From contig NZ_CM001976.1 of NCBI RefSeq assembly GCF_000406145.1, positions 3,935,372 through 3,967,371 on the forward strand: 32,000 nucleotides of DNA, written 5' to 3'. The DNA comes from Dickeya dadantii NCPPB 898. GTDB taxonomy: Bacteria; Pseudomonadota; Gammaproteobacteria; Enterobacterales; Enterobacteriaceae. Positions 21,244-28,987 of this stretch are shown here, in pieces; position 1 is the stretch's first letter, and the number at the start of each line of letters is the position of its first letter. The translations under genes and the position numbers were made by a program. Below the pieces are notes generated by a model, which made no database searches, was not told the DNA's origin, and saw only the letters and a list, made by a program, of their open reading frames with translations.

Positions 21244-23724
21244 TTACCGATCCTCCTCGGTACGCGTAGGTATTACCGACACCGTGTCGGGAAATGCGAA
21301 GGGGTGATGATTGACGGCAAAACCGCTCGCCGGATGCCAGGTCATCAGGCCGTAGTCCGGGTCGTCGAACCGCGCCGCGCCGTCATCCGACCGCTGCGCC
21401 TGACAGTGGCGGAAGCGTTCGATAAACGCCGGGAAATCCGCCGCGCCCTGTCCGCTGTCCACCGCGATATACCAAACGTTATGCTCGCCGAAGGCGCGCA
21501 ATTCGCTGTCCGGCTGCCCGCCGTCCGGGGTGTGGGTTTGCAGCCCGGCCGGGTTGTGCAACGCGGCATAGCCGTTGCCGCCGCGCACGAAACACCAGTG
21601 CGCCTCCACCACTACCTCATCCAGCGCGGTGCGCGGCAGGTAAAGGTGGGTCCAGCGGCGCAGGTCGTGCTGCAAATCGAAAATCATCCAGGCGCGGTTA
21701 CGGTGCTGCATCACGTGCGGCAGGCGGCCGTTGCCGGCCCAGTAGGACGGGCGGTGCACGCCGTCCGGGCGATCTTCGCCGGGATGGTTGACCCATAGCC
21801 GGGCGGCGTAGTGGCGGCCGAGGCGGATATCCAGCACATGCTGCTGGTGCCCCGGCTGGCCGGGGTGGTGATCGAACACCGAGGAAAACGCCACGTCCGG
21901 CTGTTTCCAGGCGATGACGCGGGCGCTGCGGTTCAGCCCCTGCACCCAGCGCGCCTGCGCTCCCTGCGGCGACTGCCAGTGGGCGATGGCGTGCGTCTCT
22001 TCCGGCGGCTGGTACTGGCTCAGGCACAGCAACGGCAGCGCCGCGCAGTGCGGAATCAGCCAGCCCTCGCCCCAGACCAGCGCGCACAGGCCGGACAGTT
22101 CGGTCAACATGCCGGAGCGCAGTTCCTTGTCGTAGGCGCGCCCCATGGTGCCGACCGCCACACCGTTTTGATGCATCCAGGCGGTCATCAGTAGAATGCG
22201 ATCGATAACCGTGCGGGCGCGGGCGCGCAGGCTTTCATCGCTAGCCAGCTCGGCCAGCGCCACCAGCCCGATCAGATCGATCGGGTAATAGGCGGCGGAG
22301 TTCCACTCCACCAGCCCGTGTTCCAGAATGGCGTCGAACCAGCGCTCCAGCCGCTGGCGGGCGATAGCCTGCTGCTCGCGGCCCTGACGACCGCTGCACA
22401 CGAAGACCGAATCGGGAAAGTTTTGCCCGGCCAGATACTGCGCCACATGAAAACAAAGGCAGTGGTTCTCGCTCCAGAACCACATGGTGTCGTTGCCCGG
22501 TTCGTCGATCCAGTAACGAAAACCGAGGATTACGCTGCGAACGCGCCGCCAGTCATGCGCCGTCAGCCGCTGGCCCTGATAGCGCTGCCACAGCCAGATC
22601 AGCGGCACCAGTTGAAAGTCGGCGCAGTCTTCCCGACGGCTGATCTTATGCAGCGCCTGATTAAGGATCGGCATGATCTCCGCCGTCCCTTCGCCGGTGG
22701 CGAAGATAGCCAGCACCCGGCCGATGCGCTCGAAACCGTGCAGTGCGGTGTGACGCAGCAGGTGGTCGCGCCGGGCGGCCAGCGTCGGTAACGGCGGCAT
22801 GGTTTGTGTGGACATAGTTTGAGCAGGCAGACGGCCGAAGCTGATGCTGCGCGTCAGCGTGATGCCGCCGCACACCGCGCGGCACACCAGATCGTAATAC
22901 CCTACCAGCCCCGCCGGCAGCGTGACCTGCCAGCCGGTATTGCCCGCCGCCAGCGACGGCTGTTGCCGCCAGTCCGGCGCCGATTCGTTAACGTTGCACA
23001 CCAGATGGTGGTGGATATCGACCGCTTCCGGCAACGGCGTGGCGGCGCGCAGGGTCAGGGCATCGCGGTCGGTCAGGTTGTCGGCCAGCGACAGGCTGTT
23101 GATCCAGCCGTCCAGCGCCTGGATGCGTTCGCTGCAGGCGGCGTCCGGCGCGGCCTGCCAGCGCAGCGACGTCTCGCCAAGGTAGCGCAGGCTGAACAGG
23201 TAGTCGGTATCGCGCTCGCACAGCTCCTCGGCGTGCACCACCAGCGTGTTCAACCCCAGTTGCAGCGGCAGCGTCAGTTCGCACTGCTGTTCGGTGTTGC
23301 GGCTAAACGGGGTGAAACGGCAAATCTGGCGACCGTTAAGCCATACGGTCACGCCGCCGCAGGTAGACAGCAGGAAACGCGCCGGTTGCAGGCTATCGCT
23401 GTGCAGGTAGCAGCGGGCAAAGCGCTGCACATGGGTGGGGCAAGGCCAGAAATCGCTGAAATTAACCGACTGACTGTCATCGCCGCCGCTCCACAGGGTG
23501 TGAAAACGGAGATGCTCCGGCAGGCTGACGGCGCGCGGCGCGGTTTCTTTTAAGAACCGCACCCGACAAGGTAATACGCCGACATCCACAAAACCATTAA
23601 TAAAGCGGTAATTAACATTATCCGGCAGGGTATCCGCTTCTGCAGGATAATATTTTTCCTCCAGGTCGCTAATCATAAACCGGTTAATCACGCTATTTTT
23701 CTTTAACACCCAACCGATATTCAT
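21244..23724 (-). CDS. Large cytoplasmic multidomain carbohydrate-active enzyme of uncertain family, 826 aa (N-terminal beta-sandwich, central alpha/alpha-toroid-like region, C-terminal beta-sandwich-like region)
   Basis: No signal peptide. ARFLLSTCGGVTVWLNGRQICRF...LNTLVVHAEEL resembles the galactose-binding-like N-domains of GH2/GH78 enzymes. WFWSENHCLCFHVAQYLAG and VEWNSAAYYPIDL look like six-hairpin toroid helices. PGQPGHQQHVLDIRLG...RPSYWAGNG resembles the C-terminal region of heparinase II/III-type proteins. It is the first gene of the operon, 1 nt upstream of the GH88-family gene. The family assignment is not resolved by eye. Confidence 0.35.
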   Translation of the reverse strand: MNIGWVLKKNSVINRFMISDLEEKYYPAEADTLPDNVNYRFINGFVDVGVLPCRVRFLKETAPRAVSLPEHLRFHTLWSGGDDSQSVNFSDFWPCPTHVQRFARCYLHSDSLQPARFLLSTCGGVTVWLNGRQICRFTPFSRNTEQQCELTLPLQLGLNTLVVHAEELCERDTDYLFSLRYLGETSLRWQAAPDAACSERIQALDGWINSLSLADNLTDRDALTLRAATPLPEAVDIHHHLVCNVNESAPDWRQQPSLAAGNTGWQVTLPAGLVGYYDLVCRAVCGGITLTRSISFGRLPAQTMSTQTMPPLPTLAARRDHLLRHTALHGFERIGRVLAIFATGEGTAEIMPILNQALHKISRREDCADFQLVPLIWLWQRYQGQRLTAHDWRRVRSVILGFRYWIDEPGNDTMWFWSENHCLCFHVAQYLAGQNFPDSVFVCSGRQGREQQAIARQRLERWFDAILEHGLVEWNSAAYYPIDLIGLVALAELASDESLRARARTVIDRILLMTAWMHQNGVAVGTMGRAYDKELRSGMLTELSGLCALVWGEGWLIPHCAALPLLCLSQYQPPEETHAIAHWQSPQGAQARWVQGLNRSARVIAWKQPDVAFSSVFDHHPGQPGHQQHVLDIRLGRHYAARLWVNHPGEDRPDGVHRPSYWAGNGRLPHVMQHRNRAWMIFDLQHDLRRWTHLYLPRTALDEVVVEAHWCFVRGGNGYAALHNPAGLQTHTPDGGQPDSELRAFGEHNVWYIAVDSGQGAADFPAFIERFRHCQAQRSDDGAARFDDPDYGLMTWHPASGFAVNHHPFAFPDTVSVIPTRTEEDR

Positions 23725-23906
23725 GGCGAATCCTTGTTACCGCACGAGTGAATAAATGAAATATCGAGAATGCATTGCCAAATAAAAAATACTAATGAAT
23801 AAAAAAATACCTGATGGCATTTATTTGCACCGTTATTGTGCGCGTGCTGCCTTTATTTGGCGCAATGCAACTTTTCAGTGCCAGATCCAGAAATCGGCGG
23901 CGATAA

Positions 23907-23921
23907 ATGCAAAATTTGCAT
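23907..23921. promoter_or_regulatory. Perfect 15-bp palindrome ATGCAAAATTTGCAT; candidate LacI-family operator
   Basis: It lies in the AT-rich divergent intergenic region, ~185 bp upstream of the 826-aa gene start. A near-identical palindrome lies at 24101-24114. Extra TTTGCA/TGCAA half-sites occur at ~23823, 23863, 23931 and 23952. Confidence 0.4.
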
Positions 23922-23986
23922 AATCCGGCAATTTGCACTTAACATCGTATTTTTGCATTATAGAGTAAATTATCGCGTGAACAATA

Positions 23987-24002
23987 TGCGATTCTTATCA
24001 CA
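23987..24002. promoter_or_regulatory. CRP-like site TGCGA-TTCTTA-TCACA
   Basis: 9/10 match to TGTGA-N6-TCACA. It is located in the divergent catabolic promoter region just upstream of a TTGACT/TATATT promoter-like pair. Confidence 0.3.
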
Positions 24003-24010
24003 AAAAGACG

Positions 24011-24038
24011 TTGACTCAGCCATGAGTCGAAATATATT
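24011..24038 (+). promoter_or_regulatory. Candidate sigma70 promoter for the solute-binding-protein unit (TTGACT-16 nt-TATATT)
   Basis: TTGACT at 24011-24016 and TATATT at 24033-24038. This is a sequence match only. Confidence 0.25.
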
Positions 24039-24100
24039 TAATATGCTTCACAAAAAAGAACGCGATTTTTGTTCATGATGAGTTGCTGAATGGCTTATTC

Positions 24101-24114
24101 ATGCAAATTTGCAT
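24101..24114. promoter_or_regulatory. Perfect 14-bp palindrome ATGCAAATTTGCAT; candidate LacI-family operator
   Basis: It lies ~100 bp upstream of the SBP start codon and has the same half-sites as 23907-21. Confidence 0.4.
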
Positions 24115-24213
24115 TCATGCATCACAGGCTGTCGAATATACCCGAAGTAATAAAGCCAATACACCTGCAACCTGACCTATGACGGGTCTGCTATTTATAA
24201 TGGGTGGGAGAGT

Positions 24214-25527
24214 ATGATGAATCGCTATCAGCACGCGCTGTTATTTTCCTTTATGACGCTGGGCGCTTTCGCCAGCAGCAATGCCATTGCCGCCAAAACG
24301 CAAATCACCTTTTTATACAGCGACGACGACCCGGAACTGGTCCATTTCATGGAACAGAAGGTGAAGACGTTTTCACAAAACAACGATCACATCGACGTGA
24401 ATTTCGTCAGCACCGGCTACAACGCGCTGCAAACGCAGTTGCCGATGCAACTGGCCGCCGGTCTGGGGCCGGATATCGCCAAAACCACCCAGATGGGCCT
24501 GCTCTCCTACACGCTTGACCTGCGCCCTTATCTGGCCGACCCGGCCGGTTTTGAAAAACGCTACGGCGCCGGCATTGAAAAAATCATGCGCATCAAAGGG
24601 GTACATAAGGATAACGCCCTGCCGGGCTTCGTCGCCTCCTGGACCGCCGACCTGCCGTTCGTCAACGTGACCCTGTTCCAGCAGGCCGGCATGCCGCTGC
24701 CGCAGCCGGGTTACACTCTGGAGCAGCTGATGCAGGCGTCGAAACAGGTGGCGGCAAAAACCGGCGTCTCCATTCCCTTTACCATCGACCGCAGCGGTTT
24801 TCGCTTCTCCGGCCCGGCTTACTCCTACGGCGCGCGCTACGACAAAGACGGCCTGATCAACTTCCCGGACGCCGCCGCGCAGGCATGGATCAAGGACCTG
24901 AAGCGCTGGTCGGACGAGGGCATCTTCCCACGTGAAATGTGGGGCGCCGCCGGCGGCGGGCAGTACAAAAGCATGGCCGACGACTTTGTGAACGGCAACA
25001 TCGTCACCTACTTCTCCGGCAACTGGCAGTTGAACCAGTTCAGCAAGCAGATCGGCAACGGCTTCGACTGGAAAATGCTGCCCGCGCCCTGCAAGGAAAA
25101 ATGCATCTCGATGGGCGGCGCCACCTTTATCATGCCGTTCAAGACCAGCAAGCATCCGAAAGAAGTGGCGGAATTCATGGAATGGCTGGGCAGCGACGCC
25201 ATCCAGCGTGAGATCGCCGAACACTTCAATATCATCGTTGGCGCCGATATTCCGGATCTGCATTACCAAACCAAGGATCAGCACGTGATCGACGGGTTGA
25301 ACACCGCCCGCACCGAGATCGCCAACATCCCGGCTTACGTGTTCGACTGGGAAAAAATGGAAAGTCTGGGCGGCAGCGAGCTGTATCCGATCATCCTGAC
25401 CCGCTTTACCCAGTACCTGAACAATCAGGTGTCGTACGACGAGTATCTGCGCCTGACGGAAAACGACGTGAAACGGCTTAACCAGACTATCGCCGCCAAC
25501 CGGCAGCAACAGCAGAAAGCCCAGTAA
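24214..25527 (+). CDS. ABC transporter extracellular solute-binding protein (family 1, carbohydrate), 437 aa
   Basis: gggag RBS, signal peptide MMNRYQHALLFSFMTLGAFASSNAIA, and typical family-1 SBP sequence features. It is divergent from the permease/ATPase operon. Confidence 0.9.
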   Translation: MMNRYQHALLFSFMTLGAFASSNAIAAKTQITFLYSDDDPELVHFMEQKVKTFSQNNDHIDVNFVSTGYNALQTQLPMQLAAGLGPDIAKTTQMGLLSYTLDLRPYLADPAGFEKRYGAGIEKIMRIKGVHKDNALPGFVASWTADLPFVNVTLFQQAGMPLPQPGYTLEQLMQASKQVAAKTGVSIPFTIDRSGFRFSGPAYSYGARYDKDGLINFPDAAAQAWIKDLKRWSDEGIFPREMWGAAGGGQYKSMADDFVNGNIVTYFSGNWQLNQFSKQIGNGFDWKMLPAPCKEKCISMGGATFIMPFKTSKHPKEVAEFMEWLGSDAIQREIAEHFNIIVGADIPDLHYQTKDQHVIDGLNTARTEIANIPAYVFDWEKMESLGGSELYPIILTRFTQYLNNQVSYDEYLRLTENDVKRLNQTIAANRQQQQKAQ

Positions 25528-25545
25528 CGGAGGAGTCAGTAACGG

Positions 25546-26100
25546 ATGAGTATGAAACGCCAGTTGATTCACCTGCCTATCGACGGCGACGCGCCGTTTG
25601 ACTGGCAGACGGAAAACGACCTCTGCCAGCAGCGGTGGCCGGATGAAGACCGCTTTTTGGTGGTCACCGGCACTTTCACCCGGCTGCTGTGCTGGCAGCA
25701 GGGTCGGCTGCAACGCTACGGCGGCAGCCTGTTTCCGGTGGGCGACCCGGCCAGTCAGGCGCGGCTCGGGCTGTGGGGCGTACAGGCGATGCTGCAGGCG
25801 GTGGAAGGCATGACGCCGCTCACGCCGCTGGCCGACACGCTGTTTGCCCGTTTCGACAACCACATCGAACAGGTGGTGGACTGGTCGAAACAGGCGCAGG
25901 CCGGCGATTACGCCGCGCTGGCGGCCGATATTCTCGCGCAGCCGGACGACCCGCTGGCGGTGCCGCTGCTGAAACGCGCCGCCCGTGAACTGGCTACGCT
26001 GGTGCGCCTGTCTGACGCACGCCAGCCGGAACAGCTCTGCTTTAGCGGCGCACTGGCGGCGGCTTGTCTCCCTTATTTCACGCAGCAGGCCCGCTCATGA
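25546..26100 (+). CDS. Truncated/degenerate BadF/BadG/BcrA/BcrD-type (N-acetylglucosamine-kinase-like) paralogue, C-terminal half only, 184 aa
   Basis: VVTGTFTRLL...YGGSLFPVGDPASQARLGLWGVQAML aligns by eye with the AGTGS...GG.G..lGDeGSg.wlG block of the downstream kinase (IAGTGSCGLAW...YGGHEFPISDQGSGARLGLATLQYL). The N-terminal DGGGT phosphate-1 motif is absent and key Gly/Ser residues are replaced. The stop overlaps the next start (ATGA). Confidence 0.5.
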   Translation: MSMKRQLIHLPIDGDAPFDWQTENDLCQQRWPDEDRFLVVTGTFTRLLCWQQGRLQRYGGSLFPVGDPASQARLGLWGVQAMLQAVEGMTPLTPLADTLFARFDNHIEQVVDWSKQAQAGDYAALAADILAQPDDPLAVPLLKRAARELATLVRLSDARQPEQLCFSGALAAACLPYFTQQARS

Positions 26101-26996
26101 CCACGACCACCACGCCTTATGCCGACGAAACGCTTTATGCCGGCGTTGACGGCGGCGGCACCGGCTGCCGGGCGCGAATTTACCGGGCCGACGGCACGCC
26201 GCTCGGTCAGGGGGTTGGCGGCCGCGCCAATTTGCTGCTGGGCGTGGAAACGGTACGTCAGGCGGTGGACGAGGCGCTGATGCAGGCGCTGAAACACAGC
26301 GGACTGGGCGAGCAGGATCGCCCGCGTCTGCACGTCGGGCTGGCGCTGGCCGGCGCCGAACACCGTAGCGCCTATCAGGCGTTTCTGACGTTGCCGCATT
26401 CCTACGCCGCGCAGGTGTTGAATACCGATGCGTTGGGCGCCTGTCTGGCGGTCAATCAGGGGGACGACGCCGGGGTGGTGATCGCCGGCACCGGCTCTTG
26501 CGGGCTGGCATGGCATCAACGCGCCATCACCGCTTACGGCGGCCACGAGTTTCCGATATCCGATCAGGGCAGCGGCGCGCGTCTCGGGCTGGCGACCCTG
26601 CAATACCTCTGGGGCGTCAAACAGGGCTGGGCACCGCCGTCGGCATTAAGCCGACAGCAGGCGCTACCATTCGACAACGAAGCGGAAGCAGCGGTCTGGC
26701 TGGATCAGGCCAGGCCGGGCGACTACGCCCGTTTCGCCCGACCGGTATTTGACTGCGCCCGTCAGGGCGATGCGCTGGCGACCGGCCTGCTGCAACAGAC
26801 CGCCCGCGAAATTGAAGGGTTGCTGGCGGCGGTGGCGACACACCCACTGCCCCGCCTGTCGCTGATGGGCAGCATCGGTTTGCATATCCGGCCCTGGCTG
26901 GCCGAAGCCTGGCAACAGCGGCTATCGCCGCCCGCCGGCGACGCGCTGGACGGCGCGCGACTGATCGCCGTCAATCACTACGCGCTCTACGCCTGA
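26097..26996 (+). CDS. BadF/BadG/BcrA/BcrD ATPase-family sugar kinase (N-acetylglucosamine/glucosamine kinase-like), 299 aa
   Basis: ATG 26097 overlaps the upstream stop. YAGVDGGGTGCRARIY (phosphate-1), IAGTGSCG (phosphate-2) and ISDQGSGARLG are present. Confidence 0.8.
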   Translation: MTTTTTPYADETLYAGVDGGGTGCRARIYRADGTPLGQGVGGRANLLLGVETVRQAVDEALMQALKHSGLGEQDRPRLHVGLALAGAEHRSAYQAFLTLPHSYAAQVLNTDALGACLAVNQGDDAGVVIAGTGSCGLAWHQRAITAYGGHEFPISDQGSGARLGLATLQYLWGVKQGWAPPSALSRQQALPFDNEAEAAVWLDQARPGDYARFARPVFDCARQGDALATGLLQQTAREIEGLLAAVATHPLPRLSLMGSIGLHIRPWLAEAWQQRLSPPAGDALDGARLIAVNHYALYA

Positions 26997-27006
26997 TATT
27001 GATACC

Positions 27007-27762
27007 TTAACACGCACGCGCCTGCCGGCGCGTCGCCCAGCGCAGGCAGAGCAACGGCAGCGGCAAGGTCATCACCAGCAGCAGCCACACCAGCGCATAC
27101 ACCGCGTCCACGCCGTCGTTTTGCAGGTTGATGTACAGCTTCACCGGGATGCCCTGCGGAAAATAGGCGAAAATCATCACGATGCCGAACTCGCCCATCG
27201 CCCGCACCCAGGCGATGGCGACGGCCGCCGCCAGCCCGGAAGCGGCCTGCGGCAAGGTCAGGTAAATCAGGCGTTGCCAGGCATTCGCCCCCAGAATGCG
27301 CCCGGCCTCGTCCACCGTGACGGGAATACCGGCGAAAGCGGAACGCGCCGCGGTGATGAAATAAGGCAACGCGCCGTAGACCTGCGCCGTCACGAACGCC
27401 GCCGGATTGTTCACCAGCGCCAGCCCGGCGCGGGATAACAGACTGCCGATCGGGCTGTACGGCCCGTAGACCGACACCAGCAGGATCCCCATCGCCAGCG
27501 GCGGCGTCAGCAGCGGGATCATCACCAGCAATTCCACCAGCCAGCGGCAGCGCGAGTTGTTCGCGCGCGCCAGCCACAGCGCCACCGGCAGCCCCAACAG
27601 TATCACCAGCGCGATCGCCAGCAGGCCGAGGCTGACGGAAACGGCGATAGCGTCGCCGTCGCCCCACGCCAGTTGGAAATGATGCCACGGCGTAATCCCC
27701 AGCAGGGTGACAAACGGCACCGCCAGCAGCAGCAATGCCGGTATCGCCAGCCAGAACGCCAT
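27007..27762 (-). CDS. ABC transporter permease, ModB/CysT (molybdate/tungstate/sulfate-type) family, 251 aa
   Basis: Start at ATG 27762 (MAFWLAIPALLLLAV), 7 nt after the SBP stop, with aagga upstream. EAA region: VDEAGRILGANAWQRLIYLTLPQAASGL...MGEFG. Confidence 0.8.
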   Translation of the reverse strand: MAFWLAIPALLLLAVPFVTLLGITPWHHFQLAWGDGDAIAVSVSLGLLAIALVILLGLPVALWLARANNSRCRWLVELLVMIPLLTPPLAMGILLVSVYGPYSPIGSLLSRAGLALVNNPAAFVTAQVYGALPYFITAARSAFAGIPVTVDEAGRILGANAWQRLIYLTLPQAASGLAAAVAIAWVRAMGEFGIVMIFAYFPQGIPVKLYINLQNDGVDAVYALVWLLLVMTLPLPLLCLRWATRRQARAC

Positions 27763-27769
27763 CCTTCGG

Positions 27770-28705
27770 TTACTTCGCGGCGTAGAGCGTACCGCCTTTC
27801 GGTACGTCATAGCCGTTCTGGCGGAACAGCGCCTGCCCTTCCGGGCTGAGCATAAAGTTGACGAATTTGCGGGCCTGCGCCGCATCGGGCGCGTTTTTCA
27901 GTACCGCGGCGTAGAACACCAGCGGCTGGGTGTGCAGCACCTGATCCTTGCCGGCACTGTCTTTGATGGTGAAGCTGACGGTGTCGTACCACTGTTGCGA
28001 CATCGCCGGGTTGCTGAGGTTGATTTCATCCGGCAGCGACACATAAGGCAGTTTGGCGGAGCGCACCGCGCTCTCGTAACCGGAGGTGGCGTCGATCTGC
28101 CCGGACTCCAGCCGGGTCAGCAGCCCGCCTTCCATAAACACCTGCGCCGGGTTCTGCACCTCGCCCAGCGCCTTTTTGGCCGCATCCGGCTGGTGATAGT
28201 ACTTCTCGGCCAGCAGCATGGTGAAGACGATATTCTGGCCCTGCGGGTCGTTATACGGGTCGGTGCGGCCGAATTTCAGCGATTTATCCCGCAACACGCT
28301 CAGCCAGTCGCTATTCTTCGCCTTATCGGACGCCGCCAGTCTGGCGGCAAACGGGCTTTTCGGATTGTAGGCGATGACCATACGGGTACTGGCGACCGGA
28401 ATGGCGTCGTCGATCAGTCCGGCGTCTTTCAGTATCTGCATCGGCCCCGGCGTGATGGACACGAATACGTCCGCCACCACTTTCTTGCTGGCCAGCAGGC
28501 GCGCCATGCCGTACGCCCCCTGGCCCTGCCCCTGATAGCTCAGGTTCTCTTTTTGGGCGAACGTCGGCCCCAACGCCTTGTCCATCACCACGCCCATCGA
28601 CCCGGCGTAGGTTAACTGAATTTTATCCTGCGCTTGTGCCGCGCTGCCCGTGAATAATGCCGCCGCCAACACGACGGCGAATTGATACCTAACCCGAATG
28701 TTCAC
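27770..28705 (-). CDS. Periplasmic oxyanion-type substrate-binding protein (ModA/WtpA-like), 311 aa
   Basis: GTG start with signal peptide MNIRVRYQFAVVLAAALFTGSAAQA. YAGSMGVVMDKALGPTF...GQGQGAYGMARLLASKKVVADVFVS resembles the ModA/WtpA-type AGSL...GS...DVfiSa blocks. Confidence 0.7.
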   Translation of the reverse strand: MNIRVRYQFAVVLAAALFTGSAAQAQDKIQLTYAGSMGVVMDKALGPTFAQKENLSYQGQGQGAYGMARLLASKKVVADVFVSITPGPMQILKDAGLIDDAIPVASTRMVIAYNPKSPFAARLAASDKAKNSDWLSVLRDKSLKFGRTDPYNDPQGQNIVFTMLLAEKYYHQPDAAKKALGEVQNPAQVFMEGGLLTRLESGQIDATSGYESAVRSAKLPYVSLPDEINLSNPAMSQQWYDTVSFTIKDSAGKDQVLHTQPLVFYAAVLKNAPDAAQARKFVNFMLSPEGQALFRQNGYDVPKGGTLYAAK

Positions 28706-28792
28706 TCTCTACCCCATTCGTTATATAAAAAAAGAAACAACGAGACTCCTCCTGAATGCGGGCAAATTCAAAAAATAAAATGCGACAAAATA

Positions 28793-28808
28793 TGTGATTT
28801 CGATCGCA
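28793..28808. promoter_or_regulatory. CRP-like site TGTGA-TTTCGA-TCGCA
   Basis: 9/10 match to the CRP consensus, in the 282-bp divergent intergenic region. The target gene is unclear. Confidence 0.25.
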
Positions 28809-28950
28809 CAATCGGGCGTTACGAGGTCAACCTGCTGCGCCAATGCACTGAAATTCCTGCATAACGCCTTTCGCCACGCCATTTTCTTCGCTGACCAGCC
28901 GCTTCAGGATTCAGACACATTTTTTTACCTCTCGCCGGCTGGCGAACAAA

Positions 28951-28973
28951 CGTTATGTTATATTATAACGATA
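28951..28973. promoter_or_regulatory. Zur box (zinc uptake regulator operator)
   Basis: In cgttatGTTATATTATAACgata, the core GTTATAtTATAAC (28957-28969) is a perfect palindrome. It is nearly identical to the gamma-proteobacterial Zur consensus core GTTATAaTATAAC. It lies 15-35 nt upstream of the first ORF of a ZnuCBA-like operon. Confidence 0.65.
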
Positions 28974-28987
28974 TTAAGGGGGATACT

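Noticed and set aside
23836-24078. 80-aa ORF in the AT-rich intergenic region
   Set aside because: It has no RBS and atypical composition. It spans the palindromic operators and promoter-like elements of the divergent control region, so it is most likely non-coding.
1554-25863. Many long antisense or alternative-frame ORFs, e.g. 3172-4266(-), 5802-6701(-), 8720-10138(-), 13687-14715(-), 16290-17360(+), 19015-20187(+), 20052-21269(+), 20692-21798(+), 24373-25863(-)
   Set aside because: Their translations are Arg/Gly/Pro/Ala/Gln-rich low-complexity strings, typical of off-frame open stretches in high-GC DNA. Each is fully overlapped by an ORF with clear family motifs and operon-consistent start/stop junctions.
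6680-27885. Longer 5' starts given by the ORF track (6680, 9067, 13234, 19043, 20109, 26064, 27885, 29056, 30670)
   Set aside because: In each case an internal start has a better SD and/or an ATGA or short-gap junction with the upstream gene. The internal start also restores a sensible N-terminus (signal peptide, Walker A spacing). The extensions overlap neighbouring genes or repeats and are Arg-rich.
28706-28740. ModE operator or Moco riboswitch upstream of the ModA-like gene (CGTTATATA at 28719-28727)
   Set aside because: Only one half-site of the ModE TATATA-type dyad is present, and it lies just 14 nt from the start codon. I could not recognise the conserved Moco-riboswitch helices in the 282-nt leader region.
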